Positions 10,696-20,547 of a DNA stretch of 61,811 nucleotides are shown piece by piece. The notes beneath the pieces were generated by a model. It was not told the origin of the DNA, made no database searches, and was given only the letters and a program-made list of their open reading frames with translations. Positions within the stretch are counted from its first letter, which is position 1. Every line of letters begins with the position of its first letter. Source of the stretch: Lachnospiraceae bacterium (GTDB lineage: Bacteria > Bacillota > Clostridia > Lachnospirales > Lachnospiraceae); NCBI GenBank assembly GCA_016281275.1, contig JAEEIH010000121.1:1-61811 (forward strand), in the 5' to 3' direction. A program made the position numbers and the translations under genes.

Positions 10696-10944
10696 ATGTT
10701 AATTAAGGTTGCTGTTGCAGATACGAACAGTGAGTATCTTTCGAGGTTTGTATCTGCTCTCGAGAATAATCCTGCCGTTGAGGTATTAACCTATACAGAC
10801 AGGAGTATTTTGCGTTATGACGTTGAAAAGCGAAAAATGGATGTGCTCCTGTTTGACCCCTCTGTTTATTCAGGTGATTACGAAATAAGTGATCGCATTG
10901 TTTCTGTTATGCTCTTTGATGATTCTACAGAGTTCCTTCCTTAA
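10696..10944 (+). CDS. 82-aa receiver-like N-terminal fragment (possible gene remnant)
   Basis: MLIKVAVADTNSEYLSRFVSALENNPAVEVLTYTD...MDVLLFDP resembles, from memory, the REC-like N-terminus of roughly 400-aa ParA/CpaE-like ATPases of Clostridia. Here it stops after 82 aa, 39 nt from the convergent 1621-aa gene. Confidence 0.3.
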   Translation: MLIKVAVADTNSEYLSRFVSALENNPAVEVLTYTDRSILRYDVEKRKMDVLLFDPSVYSGDYEISDRIVSVMLFDDSTEFLP

Positions 10945-10983
10945 TTGTATGTTGCTTGATGATGCGAAAAATCACAGATGCGG

Positions 10984-13900
10984 TCAGGTCAGCTCCTCCG
11001 TCCACAGTACTGAGCGGTTCCTGCCGTGCTGCTTGGCGTGGTAGAGTGCTTTGTCGGCGTGCTCGATGAGGTCGACACGCTCGAGGGAGCTGTTCCAGAT
11101 CGAGATACCGATACTGATCGTGACGGAAACCATCGTGACTTCCACACCGTCGTTGAAGGCGATGGTCGAATTCTCGACGGTCTGCCGGAGCTTTTCGGCA
11201 ATCTCCATGGCTGCGGCAGGGTCGTTTATGTCAAGCAGTATGACAAATTCCTCACCACCGTAACGGCAGGGAACGCCATGCTCGCCGCTGACTCGCTTCA
11301 TGACATTTGCAATCATCTTGAGAACCTTATCGCCGAAAGGATGACCGTAGGTATCGTTGAATTTTTTGAAATAATCCACGTCGATCATGAGAGCCGAGAG
11401 TTCGATCGAGCTTTCGCTCGTTCTGTCCATGATAAGGTTGTCGAGATAAGAACGACCGTAAATTCCCGTAAGTCCGTCCGTGATGGCTCTTCGGTAGAGA
11501 CGTGCATTTTCGATTGGAGCACCGCCCTGGTTGGCAATGAATTCCATCGTTTCGATGTAGTCATCACTGAAGATCTGTCTTACCAGTCTCGAATCAAGGT
11601 ATATAACTCCGAAAAGGACTCCTCTGACGAACATGGGCATCGCCATCGCGGCCTTGATACCGTAGCGGACCATGTTTGTGTAGTGCTTCCGGAATTCATC
11701 GGATTGCATGTCGTTGATGACGATGGGGCGCTTGCTCTTTTCAACTTCTTCGAGCATCCAGTCGTAGGTATTTGTGTCAAAATTACCAAGGTTGTAAACA
11801 GAGGCAACATAAAGTCTCTTTTCACCCGTTTCGGGATAAAGGAAGAGGATGCCTCTCTCAGCACCGACGAGCTCAACCGCATCCTTAAGAATGCGCTTTT
11901 GAAGCTCGTCAACTTCAAGGGTTGACGTAAGGATGCTTCCGAGGTGGAGAAGAGTATTAACCTTGCGGTCGACATTCATCCTGTTACGTCTTGCGGTAAC
12001 ATTTGCTATGAGAGAGTTTTCCCTGAAATCATCCTGATATCTTTCGGCGATGATCGCTTCACACTGCTTGAGGTACACGGATGAAGAGAGCGATGAAAAG
12101 GTCATATATGCTTCAAAGGTATAATAACGCGCTTCATGGTTGCGGTGCTGGGAAGTCAGGAAACAACCGTATTCGTAGTCTATCAATGCCGACTCGTAAC
12201 GAATGGCTGATCCTGAAGCAAGACCCGAACCTTTTTTGTAAAATGAGTCGGCCTTTTCAAGCTTGTTGAGCAGGATCGAATAGAGCGCGTTCGCCCTGTA
12301 GGCCGCAAAAATAAGATTCGGTCTCGAAGACACCTGAGAAAGAGCTTTGTCACAAAGCGAACCTATATCAAGCTCGTGGCTGTGTATCTCGTTCAGCGCA
12401 AGGTCGCCGCGCTCCGTGTCAAGAAGCTTGATCTTTGCGATGCAGAGATATCCATACAACGAAGCTGTGAATTCGCGGACGAAATCATTTGTTTCGTAGT
12501 ATATCCTCGCGGCGTCGAGATATTTGACGGCATCACGGTATTTACATTGTTCGATGAGAAGTTCTCCGTAGGTAAGGTTGAAGAGCGTCGTCATGTAAGG
12601 AAGACGCATCTGTCCCACGAGCATTTCGCAACGTGAGCTGACCTCGGATGCTTTTGGATAGTTTCCGCGGTGAGTGTAGCTTCTTATGAGAGCCGAGTAA
12701 GCCTGACACTGAGCAAGGCTGTCTTTGATTTTTTTCGAAATTTCGATGACTTCAAGAGACAGCTTCTCACATTTTTCATATTCACCGGCGTAGAGGTATG
12801 CCAATACAAGGAATGAATTGGTGTTATTGATTTCCCAAAGGTCTCCGAGCTGAGTGAACGCTTCGATCGCTTCCGCAAAAAGCTTTATGCTTCGATCAAT
12901 CTCGCCCTGACAGAGCTTGCACAGACCGGAGAAGAAGAGACTTCTCGCTATGCCGAAGCTGTCGTTATTCGCACGTCTCATCTTTAAGGCAAGGTGTTGC
13001 ACGGAATCGGACAAAGCGTCTTCACCGTGAAGCATATAATAAAGTGAAAGAGCCGATAATGCACAGGACATCTGTACCGATGATCCGAAGTGTTTTAGGG
13101 TAAATTTGTAAAGGCGGAGACATACGTAATCGAAACGGTTCATGTCGCTGTAGACGTATATCCAGCAAAGAGCCTCGTATATCGAAACAGTCGTGACGGC
13201 GCGTTCGAGGTCTTCGCCCATAAGAGGAACCTTATATTCTTCAATCGATTTTGTCCCGGCGCCCGTCAGTAATTTGTTAAGTTTAAGGAGCATCGAAGAA
13301 GTTTTGAAAGTCATGCTGTTCTTCGGAAAACCTTGCCCGATATAGTCAAGAGCGCGTATAAGCACATCCTCCGCTTCTCTGAACCGGCTTTGTCTGAAAT
13401 AGCCGAGTCCGATGTAATAAAGCAGCTTGGCAATCTGGGTGTTGTCGCGAAGGAGAGCCAGCAAGTCGTTTGCCGCAGCGATGGCATCATCAAAACGTCC
13501 GCAGGTAAGGTAGAGATGAACAAGGGAACGCTTGCATTCCTTCCAGTCCGCGTTGCCCGTCGAGGCCTGTCCCTCGAGAAGGCGAAGAGCGGTGACAAAA
13601 TATTTTATCGCCGACTCGATCGCGTTCGAAGCGAGCGCTGCACGGGCAGCCGTCATGATATGAACACGAAGACCCGCATTCGCGCGCGCTGCTTCAAAAT
13701 GGCTGCAGAGGGCGAAGATATCCGCGGGTCGGGTTTCTATTGTAAGTTCGAGTGCCTTGGCAACCCAGTAGTGGAGGCTTTCCAGCTCACGTTTTTCGAG
13801 GCGCGAAATAACGGCATCATAAATATCATTATGCGAAAAGACAAGTATGTTCTTCGATGAGCTGAATTCAACAAGGTTCCTTTGAAGGGGAAGATCAAAC

Positions 13901-15849
13901 ATTCGAAGAAGCGTATCCACCTTAAGGTCGGTAATGACCGAAAGAAGATCGAGCGAAAATTCGGTTCCTATGACCGAAGCCACTTTAAGAAGGGAGACGG
14001 TATCCTCATCGAGACTCGTGATGCGTCTTTCGATGATCTGCTGCATGTCACTGACGGTGTTGAGCGATTTGAGCTGCTGCCAGTTCTGCTCAAGGCGTCC
14101 GTCGCGGATGGAGATGACATCGTCCTCGAGCATGGAATGGATGATGTTGACGGCATAGTACGGATTACCTTCGGTCTTGGGAAGAAGGTAGGACGCAAGA
14201 GCCTGGGCATCGTCGCGGTTCAGGTTCAAAAGATCCTTAAAGAAGCCGGCAAGCCTTTCCTCGTCATAGGGGAAAAGGTCGAAGAAGCAGTTATGACCTC
14301 TTTCGATAAGGCTGTCAAGGAGCGTTCTGAGATATTCGTTATCCGCCGAAAGGTTGTTGCTGTATGAGCATATGATAAACACTTTGTACGAGGAAACGCT
14401 TCGCGCGATCTCTTCGATAAGAGCAAGGCTGGCAGGGTCGGCATTATGGATATCGTCAAATATGTAAACAAAAGGTTTTTTCTGTGTGTAGAGCGAAAGG
14501 AAGAAAGCGGACAGCTGCATGAGCGTGTGCTGTTGATCCTTAAACGCTTCGGGATCCGCAAGACCTCCGGTCCTTTTGGGGAGGACATTCTTCATTTCGG
14601 GGGAGAAGGATAATACCGTATCCGTGCTGCCCGAAAGAAGGGCGGCAAGACGACGTCCTTCGGTTATCTGAAGCTTTTTGTCGTATTTGTTGAACAGACT
14701 GAGATAATCATCGAGGATCTCGCTGAAACCCGAATAGGGAACCTGTGATGAAATCTGAGAGAAGTGGCACCTGAAGAAGGGGATCGAAGCTGCCACAAGC
14801 TCGGAGCAAAGATTTGAGAACAGGTCGCTTTTCCCGCAGTTCTTGGGACCGCGCAGAAGGTAAAATGCGCCGCCCTTTTCGAAGGCCTTTGTAACGAGAG
14901 CCTTTATATCGTTAAGCTCCTGTCGCCTGCAAAGGTATTTTGAATCGGATTCGAGAGCCTTAAGGACGGTCGATCCGCCGGGAGTGAAAAGATCGCTGTC
15001 CATATTGCCTGAAAGAAGTCTGTCTATGTCGTTGATGAGTTCGTTGCATGTCTGGTATCGCTGGTCGGGATCCTTCGCAAGGAGCTTCAGCGTGATCCTC
15101 GACGCCTCGACCGAAAGACCGCTCACCACCTCGTGAGGAGAACGCACGGGAACGGCAACATGCTGGTAAACCATGTTGTCGATGCTGTCGGAATGGAAGG
15201 GAAGCGTTCCGGTAAGAAGCTGGTAAAGCAGCACACCGAGTGAATAAAGATCTGAACGACCGTCAATTTTGGTGTCGACGAGTCCGGTCGATTCGGGAGC
15301 CATATAGCCGAAGTGTTCATCGACAAGCTTTCCCGTGGCGGAAGAGTAGTCGATCATGTATGAAATTCCGAAATCAAAGAGTTCGGCAGAAAGATCGCCT
15401 CCGTCGCTTGTATTAAGAGCGACGCAATCGGCACTGATACCGCGATGGAAAACATGTTGCTCGTGAGAATAACGAAGCGCGTAAGCCAGCTGACGAACCA
15501 GCTTGAGAGCGGTCACCGAATCAAGCCTCCCGTACTTTTCGAGATGTTTTGAAAGAAATGTATGGTTGTTGTATTCGTAGATCGAACAGATCGTATTGGC
15601 ATAATTGCCCGACTCGAGCATTTTTAAGATCCCGGAGGATTCAAAATGACGAATGATACCGAGGTCTTTGACATAACATATCTTATCTATTTCGAATTTG
15701 GTAATGACGGAGGGATTAACAAGACGGATCAGAACATCGCGGTTCGCAGCGAGGTCATGTCCGATAAGAGACACGCAAAAAGCACCCTCCTCAAGCGTGC
15801 GTTCTACCTGATATCTGTCAAAGAAAATGACATTCTCGTACGGATCCAT
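10984..15849 (-). CDS. Multidomain signalling protein: Ser/Thr-kinase-like domain, STAND/AAA ATPase, TPR array, GAF, GGDEF diguanylate cyclase
   Basis: 1621 aa. Kinase fold with DFG (LFDFGIS) and APE (YMAPES). Walker A GPKNCGKS, Walker B FVYIFDDIH. Long TPR-like middle. GAF (GAERGILFLYPETGEK...VIYLDS). C-terminal GGDEF domain with RYGGEEFVILL. GGAGGAG RBS 8 nt upstream. Confidence 0.85.
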   Translation of the reverse strand: MDPYENVIFFDRYQVERTLEEGAFCVSLIGHDLAANRDVLIRLVNPSVITKFEIDKICYVKDLGIIRHFESSGILKMLESGNYANTICSIYEYNNHTFLSKHLEKYGRLDSVTALKLVRQLAYALRYSHEQHVFHRGISADCVALNTSDGGDLSAELFDFGISYMIDYSSATGKLVDEHFGYMAPESTGLVDTKIDGRSDLYSLGVLLYQLLTGTLPFHSDSIDNMVYQHVAVPVRSPHEVVSGLSVEASRITLKLLAKDPDQRYQTCNELINDIDRLLSGNMDSDLFTPGGSTVLKALESDSKYLCRRQELNDIKALVTKAFEKGGAFYLLRGPKNCGKSDLFSNLCSELVAASIPFFRCHFSQISSQVPYSGFSEILDDYLSLFNKYDKKLQITEGRRLAALLSGSTDTVLSFSPEMKNVLPKRTGGLADPEAFKDQQHTLMQLSAFFLSLYTQKKPFVYIFDDIHNADPASLALIEEIARSVSSYKVFIICSYSNNLSADNEYLRTLLDSLIERGHNCFFDLFPYDEERLAGFFKDLLNLNRDDAQALASYLLPKTEGNPYYAVNIIHSMLEDDVISIRDGRLEQNWQQLKSLNTVSDMQQIIERRITSLDEDTVSLLKVASVIGTEFSLDLLSVITDLKVDTLLRMFDLPLQRNLVEFSSSKNILVFSHNDIYDAVISRLEKRELESLHYWVAKALELTIETRPADIFALCSHFEAARANAGLRVHIMTAARAALASNAIESAIKYFVTALRLLEGQASTGNADWKECKRSLVHLYLTCGRFDDAIAAANDLLALLRDNTQIAKLLYYIGLGYFRQSRFREAEDVLIRALDYIGQGFPKNSMTFKTSSMLLKLNKLLTGAGTKSIEEYKVPLMGEDLERAVTTVSIYEALCWIYVYSDMNRFDYVCLRLYKFTLKHFGSSVQMSCALSALSLYYMLHGEDALSDSVQHLALKMRRANNDSFGIARSLFFSGLCKLCQGEIDRSIKLFAEAIEAFTQLGDLWEINNTNSFLVLAYLYAGEYEKCEKLSLEVIEISKKIKDSLAQCQAYSALIRSYTHRGNYPKASEVSSRCEMLVGQMRLPYMTTLFNLTYGELLIEQCKYRDAVKYLDAARIYYETNDFVREFTASLYGYLCIAKIKLLDTERGDLALNEIHSHELDIGSLCDKALSQVSSRPNLIFAAYRANALYSILLNKLEKADSFYKKGSGLASGSAIRYESALIDYEYGCFLTSQHRNHEARYYTFEAYMTFSSLSSSVYLKQCEAIIAERYQDDFRENSLIANVTARRNRMNVDRKVNTLLHLGSILTSTLEVDELQKRILKDAVELVGAERGILFLYPETGEKRLYVASVYNLGNFDTNTYDWMLEEVEKSKRPIVINDMQSDEFRKHYTNMVRYGIKAAMAMPMFVRGVLFGVIYLDSRLVRQIFSDDYIETMEFIANQGGAPIENARLYRRAITDGLTGIYGRSYLDNLIMDRTSESSIELSALMIDVDYFKKFNDTYGHPFGDKVLKMIANVMKRVSGEHGVPCRYGGEEFVILLDINDPAAAMEIAEKLRQTVENSTIAFNDGVEVTMVSVTISIGISIWNSSLERVDLIEHADKALYHAKQHGRNRSVLWTEELT

Positions 15850-15944
15850 CAGGTGGTCTCCTCCTTTTCCCCATAATCATATCTATTATAAATAAAAATA
15901 GGTAAAAACACAAGGAGGATTTCACGAAATACTGAATTGATTTT

Positions 15945-16733
15945 TTACTGTTTTAAGGGACGGACCGCATCTTTACTGGTTTTAAGCATGTAAGGCGAAA
16001 GGCTGATGAGAACCTGAGATGGAAGATAAAACACCCACGAAAGGAATACCGCCATGCTTACCATACCGGCAGGTACGGTTTCGGAATAAAAAGAATTTAA
16101 GTTTCTGATCAGAACATTGATGTCGCACAGCATAAAAAGCGTGAGTCCCATCGAAAACATCAAATGAAAGCGCCGGCGGAATTTTATAAAATCGCACCAG
16201 CTTATTATAGTGTTACGGACAAACATTGCGGCATAATATAATACAAGCGTGAGAAGCAGGATTACGGTAGAATCACAGACAAGAAGTTTGCCTGCGCAGG
16301 CCGCAAGAACGATGGCGGTGACAAGAAATATACAGGGAACGGGAAAGCGTTTGTACAGAGCTTTACCGTCGGTTAAAAGAAATGAATATATGGTCTGCGT
16401 AATGCAGAAGGAGACGAGACCGGGGATGATGAAAAGCCGCTCGGCGAAAAAGAGGAGAAAAATATCGGCCGTTGCGGTGAAAAACAGAGCACCGGCGATC
16501 AGCAAGTGTTTCTTCTCAAAGTTCCTTATGCACAGAAACAGCGCATGGGTGAACACAAGCACGATACCCGAGTATTTGAGGTGATCTGAACACGCGTCTT
16601 TGATGCCTGTAAATAATCTCACATTGTCGGAATAACCGGGAATCAGACCCGAAAGGTCAAGTGTGATAAAAGATATGTATATGATCAGCTCCGCAATGAT
16701 AAAAATACGGGAGACAAGCCTTTCGAGCCGCAT
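15945..16733 (-). CDS. Polytopic membrane protein (possibly YhhN/lysoplasmalogenase-like)
   Basis: The track ORF starts at 16760. The internal ATG at 16733 (MRLERLVSRIF...) has GGAGG 7 nt upstream. About 7-8 hydrophobic helices. The YhhN assignment is a weak recollection only. Confidence 0.4.
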   Translation of the reverse strand: MRLERLVSRIFIIAELIIYISFITLDLSGLIPGYSDNVRLFTGIKDACSDHLKYSGIVLVFTHALFLCIRNFEKKHLLIAGALFFTATADIFLLFFAERLFIIPGLVSFCITQTIYSFLLTDGKALYKRFPVPCIFLVTAIVLAACAGKLLVCDSTVILLLTLVLYYAAMFVRNTIISWCDFIKFRRRFHLMFSMGLTLFMLCDINVLIRNLNSFYSETVPAGMVSMAVFLSWVFYLPSQVLISLSPYMLKTSKDAVRPLKQ

Positions 16734-16850
16734 ATCGGGACCTCCGTTCCGGTGAATCATGAATCAAAACGTAACAGATTAACAAACACGCACCGATGAG
16801 TTGTTAAACAATATTATATTAATCATACCGAAATGTCGAACTTTTTTTTC

Positions 16851-16879
16851 TTGACAATTTTCATGCCCGGTTTCATAAT
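16851..16879 (+). promoter_or_regulatory. Sigma-70-like promoter for tRNA-Pro (TTGACA-17-CATAAT)
   Basis: TTGACA at 16851-16856 and CATAAT at 16874-16879, 17 nt before the tRNA 5' end. Confidence 0.55.
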
Positions 16880-16895
16880 AACATAGGTTTGATTA

Positions 16896-16969
<74 letters not shown>

Positions 16970-16970
16970 T

Positions 16971-16991
16971 CGGGTCGGATTATCCGACCCG
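16971..16991 (+). terminator. Hairpin directly after tRNA-Pro (CGGGTCGGA / TCCGACCCG)
   Basis: 9-bp stem followed by ATTATCTT, 20 nt upstream of upp. May be a terminator or a processing signal. Confidence 0.45.
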
Positions 16992-17011
16992 ATTATCTTA
17001 GAGAGGAGGCT

Positions 17012-17659
17012 ATGATGCAGCAGAAACTTGACAATGTTTTTGTGTTCGATCATCCGCTTATTCAGCACAAAATCTCGTTGATGAGGGATATCAACACCAC
17101 CACGAAGGATTTCAGGGAGCTTGTATCCGAGGTTGCCATGCTCATGGCGTACGAGGTAACGAGAAACTTTGAGCTTGAAGACTGGGATGTGGAAACACCA
17201 ATCTGCAAGGCAACGGTCAAGATCCTTTCACACAGAAACAAGGTGACGCTCGTTCCCGTGCTTCGTGCGGGACTTGGCATGGTTGACGGATTTCTTAAGA
17301 TTTTGCCTCAGGTGCGCGTGGGTCATATCGGACTTTATCGTGACCATGATACAAAAGAGCCCGTTGAGTACTACTGCAAGCTGCCCGATGATGTGGCAGA
17401 CACACAGGTCATCCTCCTCGATCCCATGCTCGCAACGGGTGGGTCGGCGGTTGCTGCGACAAACTTTATCAAGCAAAAAGGATGCAAGAATGTAAGATGG
17501 GTGTCGATCATTTCAGCTCCCGAGGGAATCGAAACGCTTCACAAGGCGCATCCCGACATCCCGGTTTTTTGCGGCTGTGTTGATGAAAAGCTCAACGAGA
17601 ACGCATATATCGTACCAGGACTCGGTGATTGTGGTGACAGGCTTTTCGGAACAAAATAA
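17012..17659 (+). CDS. upp: Uracil phosphoribosyltransferase
   Basis: 215 aa. [38 protein letters not shown] (PRPP-binding loop), [17 protein letters not shown]. Start could be ATG 17012 or 17015. Confidence 0.93.
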   Translation: MMQQKLDNVFVFDHPLIQHKISLMRDINTTTKDFRELVSEVAMLMAYEVTRNFELEDWDVETPICKATVKILSHRNKVTLVPVLRAGLGMVDGFLKILPQVRVGHIGLYRDHDTKEPVEYYCKLPDDVADTQVILLDPMLATGGSAVAATNFIKQKGCKNVRWVSIISAPEGIETLHKAHPDIPVFCGCVDEKLNENAYIVPGLGDCGDRLFGTK

Positions 17660-17677
17660 AATACAGGATATAAACGG

Positions 17678-17706
17678 ACAAGCTCCCGGCATGAACGCGG
17701 GAGCTT
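17678..17706. terminator. Bidirectional terminator (10-bp stem CAAGCTCCCG/CGGGAGCTTG)
   Basis: Lies between upp (+) and the convergent gene ending at 17711 (-). Followed by CTCTCATTTT. Confidence 0.7.
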
Positions 17707-17710
17707 GCTC

Positions 17711-18673
17711 TCATTTTGAGGCGGCTGCGGTGAACGGACCGATGACTTCGGGTCCGAAATCGTGTGGGTAACGGTAGATGTTATCTGACAGGATCTGGTC
17801 GGGCGGAATCACTGTGGAATTGACATCCTTGACCATTTCGTTGAGATGTTCCGCATCGATGGTGGATGCAGGCAGGATGATCACTTCATTGACAGAGCTT
17901 GGGATGATGTAAAGATCGTGACCGAGATCTTTCCTGATGTTTTCGAGCACTCCGGGATAAAGGATGCAGGATGCACCGTAATAGGATTGATCGTTCGTTA
18001 ATACTTTCATGGGGCTGTGAAATCCACCGTTATTCATGAACAAGGGGATCATGTGATCGGGAACGCCGCGCTTCCTCATGATACGGACAAGAAGTTCGTC
18101 AAGGTCCTCAAAAGATGTCGGGAAGATCGCGGGTGTGTTTTTTACGGCAAGGGCAAGAAGCTTTCCTGCATCAAAACCGAGCAGCTTTGCGATTTTGTCG
18201 TCTATTCGGACGGAGCCCGTTTCTTCATTGGGAAGCGGAACGTATATGCAGAATACAACCGCAAGATCGAGGATCCTGAAGTGGGGATAAGTTTCGAGAG
18301 TCTCGCAATTACGTTCGTAATTGACGAGTCGATAAAAAATCTTGTCCGAAACCTTTTCGGGATCGGAGATGATATTTTCAAACTTCAGTGATTTCCGATC
18401 GATGCTGTTGTAAGCGGAGGAGATTCTTTCGGTGATCTCTTCAAGGTTCATGTTGCCGTTTTTGTAGGTGTCAAAGAGCTCGTCAAGACGAATGTTCGGG
18501 GAAATGTTACGATCGGGATGACGTATCGTAAGACAGGGATAGGTTATCTGATTGTTTTTCTTCTGTTCGGATGTGGTGATTTCGACGTCGGAACCGAGAT
18601 TGGAAGAAACGCTGTGAATCAGGGCGCGGACGAATCCGTCCATGTCAAGGGCGGATGATGTTGTAAAATTCAT
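17711..18673 (-). CDS. Hypothetical protein (possibly DUF5688-like)
   Basis: 320-aa ORF with an AAGAGGA RBS. No motif I can assign with confidence. The DUF5688 resemblance is a recollection only. Confidence 0.4.
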   Translation of the reverse strand: MNFTTSSALDMDGFVRALIHSVSSNLGSDVEITTSEQKKNNQITYPCLTIRHPDRNISPNIRLDELFDTYKNGNMNLEEITERISSAYNSIDRKSLKFENIISDPEKVSDKIFYRLVNYERNCETLETYPHFRILDLAVVFCIYVPLPNEETGSVRIDDKIAKLLGFDAGKLLALAVKNTPAIFPTSFEDLDELLVRIMRKRGVPDHMIPLFMNNGGFHSPMKVLTNDQSYYGASCILYPGVLENIRKDLGHDLYIIPSSVNEVIILPASTIDAEHLNEMVKDVNSTVIPPDQILSDNIYRYPHDFGPEVIGPFTAAASK

Positions 18674-18989
18674 AAATCCTCTTTCTTTCGGAAAGCGGCG
18701 GTGATCCTTGAAAGCATGATACCATTCCGCAACGCATGATGTCCATTGGCGTTTTTAACGAACACGGATACTCATTTTTGTGCAATTTGCCTATGGTTGC
18801 TTTTGCCGCACACCGAAAAGATTTTAGTCTCTTTTTGTGTACGGAAATCAAGCAATCGGCACGTAAACTGTTCTTGTAAAGAGAACATGAATGTGGTACA
18901 CTTGACAGCGTATAAGACGATAGGGGAGTTGCGGAGGCGAGAAATCGGGAGCGGTTTAAAAACCGCTTATAAAGAGGCGAAAAATAAGC

Positions 18990-20471
18990 GTGGGAGGCGG
19001 AAGAACCGTTTCCGCAGAACGGGATACAGATCTTATGGAGAAGAAAGAAAAAGAGAAGGTTATACTTGACCGCAGGAGCGGTGCATGGAAAAAATACCTC
19101 GTGGGGGGCGTTACTGCTTTTTTGGTACTTGCCGCAGCGATTGTCCTTATATTCCTTTTTGTCCAGAAGGAGGATTTCTCCGATATCTTCGACCGTCTTT
19201 CATCGGCTTTTGCTCCCGTACTGGTGGGCGGCGTTATGGCATATGTCATGAACCCGCTCATGACGTTCTTTGACAGGAAAATTTCACATTTTCTTCTTAA
19301 AAGGGTCAAAAAGAAAAAGCGTGCGCTGTCGTTCTCAAAGGGTGTGAGCCTTATTCTCACTCTTATAGTTGTGGCGCTCATTATCGGCATTTTGGTGTAC
19401 ATGCTTGTTCCGGAGATCACTTCGACGGCACAAAAGCTTACCGATGAAGTTCCCGGTCAGGCGGAAGAATTCCTGAAATGGTTCAGGGCGACGGTGGGCG
19501 ACGGGTCATGGATCGGAAATATACTCTCAACCGTGATCGAAAAGGTTACGATGTGGTTTGAGGACTTTATCGACAACGGGCTTTTTTCGTTTGCCGGCGG
19601 CGTGCTTGAATCGGTAGCTTCGGGAGTGATTAGTGCATTCGGAATCATATACAACATCGTGATCGGGCTTGTTTTCAGTATATACATTCTCCTTGCGAAG
19701 GAGAGGTTCACGGCCAGCACGAAGAAGCTTGTTTTTGCTGTGTTTAAACGCAGAAGGGCCAACAGGATCATCAGAACGGCGAGAGAATGTCACAGAAAAT
19801 TTACGGGCGCGATCACGGGTAAGATCCTCGACAGCGCCATTGTGGGTGTACTTTGCTTTGTCGGCATGACGCTGTTTGGTTTTCCATATGTGGCGCTCAT
19901 AAGTGTTATCGTCGGAGTGACAAACCTAATCCCGTTCTTCGGACCCTATATCGGAGCCGTTCCGAGCGCGCTTTTGATCCTTTTTGTCGATCCGCTTCAG
20001 TGTCTGTGGTTTGTTATATTTATTGTGGTGCTCCAGCAGATCGACTGCAACATCCTCGATCCGAGGATTGTCGGAGATTCCATCGGTCTTTCGGCGTTCT
20101 GGGTGCTTTTCTCGTGCGTCGTGTTCGGAAGTCTGTTCGGAATATGGGGTCTGTTGCTCGGAGTGCCGGCCATGGCATGTTTGCAGATGATCTTTGGCGA
20201 GATCATGGACAACAGATTGCACAGAAAGGGGCTTTCGACTAAGACGGATGAATATCTTGCGATCGACAGGGTGCCCGAAACCGATGTCATCGTTGTTGAT
20301 CCTGTCGAAAACCGGGATGATCTTGACATCGACGATATTGTCTCCGGTGAGACGAATGATCCGGGATCCATCCGGGGAGAAGACGGTCCGGAGGGTGATG
20401 ATGACGGCGAAAGCAGGGAGAACAAAGAAATGACCCCGCCGCAAAAAAACAGGAAGCAAAAAGGGAAATAA
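18990..20471 (+). CDS. AI-2E family (PerM/UPF0118) transporter
   Basis: Multiple TM helices and the characteristic NLIPFFGPYIGAVPSALL...LQQIDCNILDPRIVGDSIGLSAFWVLFS region. Start uncertain (GTG 18990 or ATG 19035, MEKKEKEK...). Acidic/basic C-terminal tail. Confidence 0.8.
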   Translation: MGGGRTVSAERDTDLMEKKEKEKVILDRRSGAWKKYLVGGVTAFLVLAAAIVLIFLFVQKEDFSDIFDRLSSAFAPVLVGGVMAYVMNPLMTFFDRKISHFLLKRVKKKKRALSFSKGVSLILTLIVVALIIGILVYMLVPEITSTAQKLTDEVPGQAEEFLKWFRATVGDGSWIGNILSTVIEKVTMWFEDFIDNGLFSFAGGVLESVASGVISAFGIIYNIVIGLVFSIYILLAKERFTASTKKLVFAVFKRRRANRIIRTARECHRKFTGAITGKILDSAIVGVLCFVGMTLFGFPYVALISVIVGVTNLIPFFGPYIGAVPSALLILFVDPLQCLWFVIFIVVLQQIDCNILDPRIVGDSIGLSAFWVLFSCVVFGSLFGIWGLLLGVPAMACLQMIFGEIMDNRLHRKGLSTKTDEYLAIDRVPETDVIVVDPVENRDDLDIDDIVSGETNDPGSIRGEDGPEGDDDGESRENKEMTPPQKNRKQKGK

Positions 20472-20547
20472 CAGCAGGGGAAACCTTGGTATAAAGGGGA
20501 AAAGGGTATTTAGGGAGCCCAAATAATCGAAAGGCAGTTGTATATTT

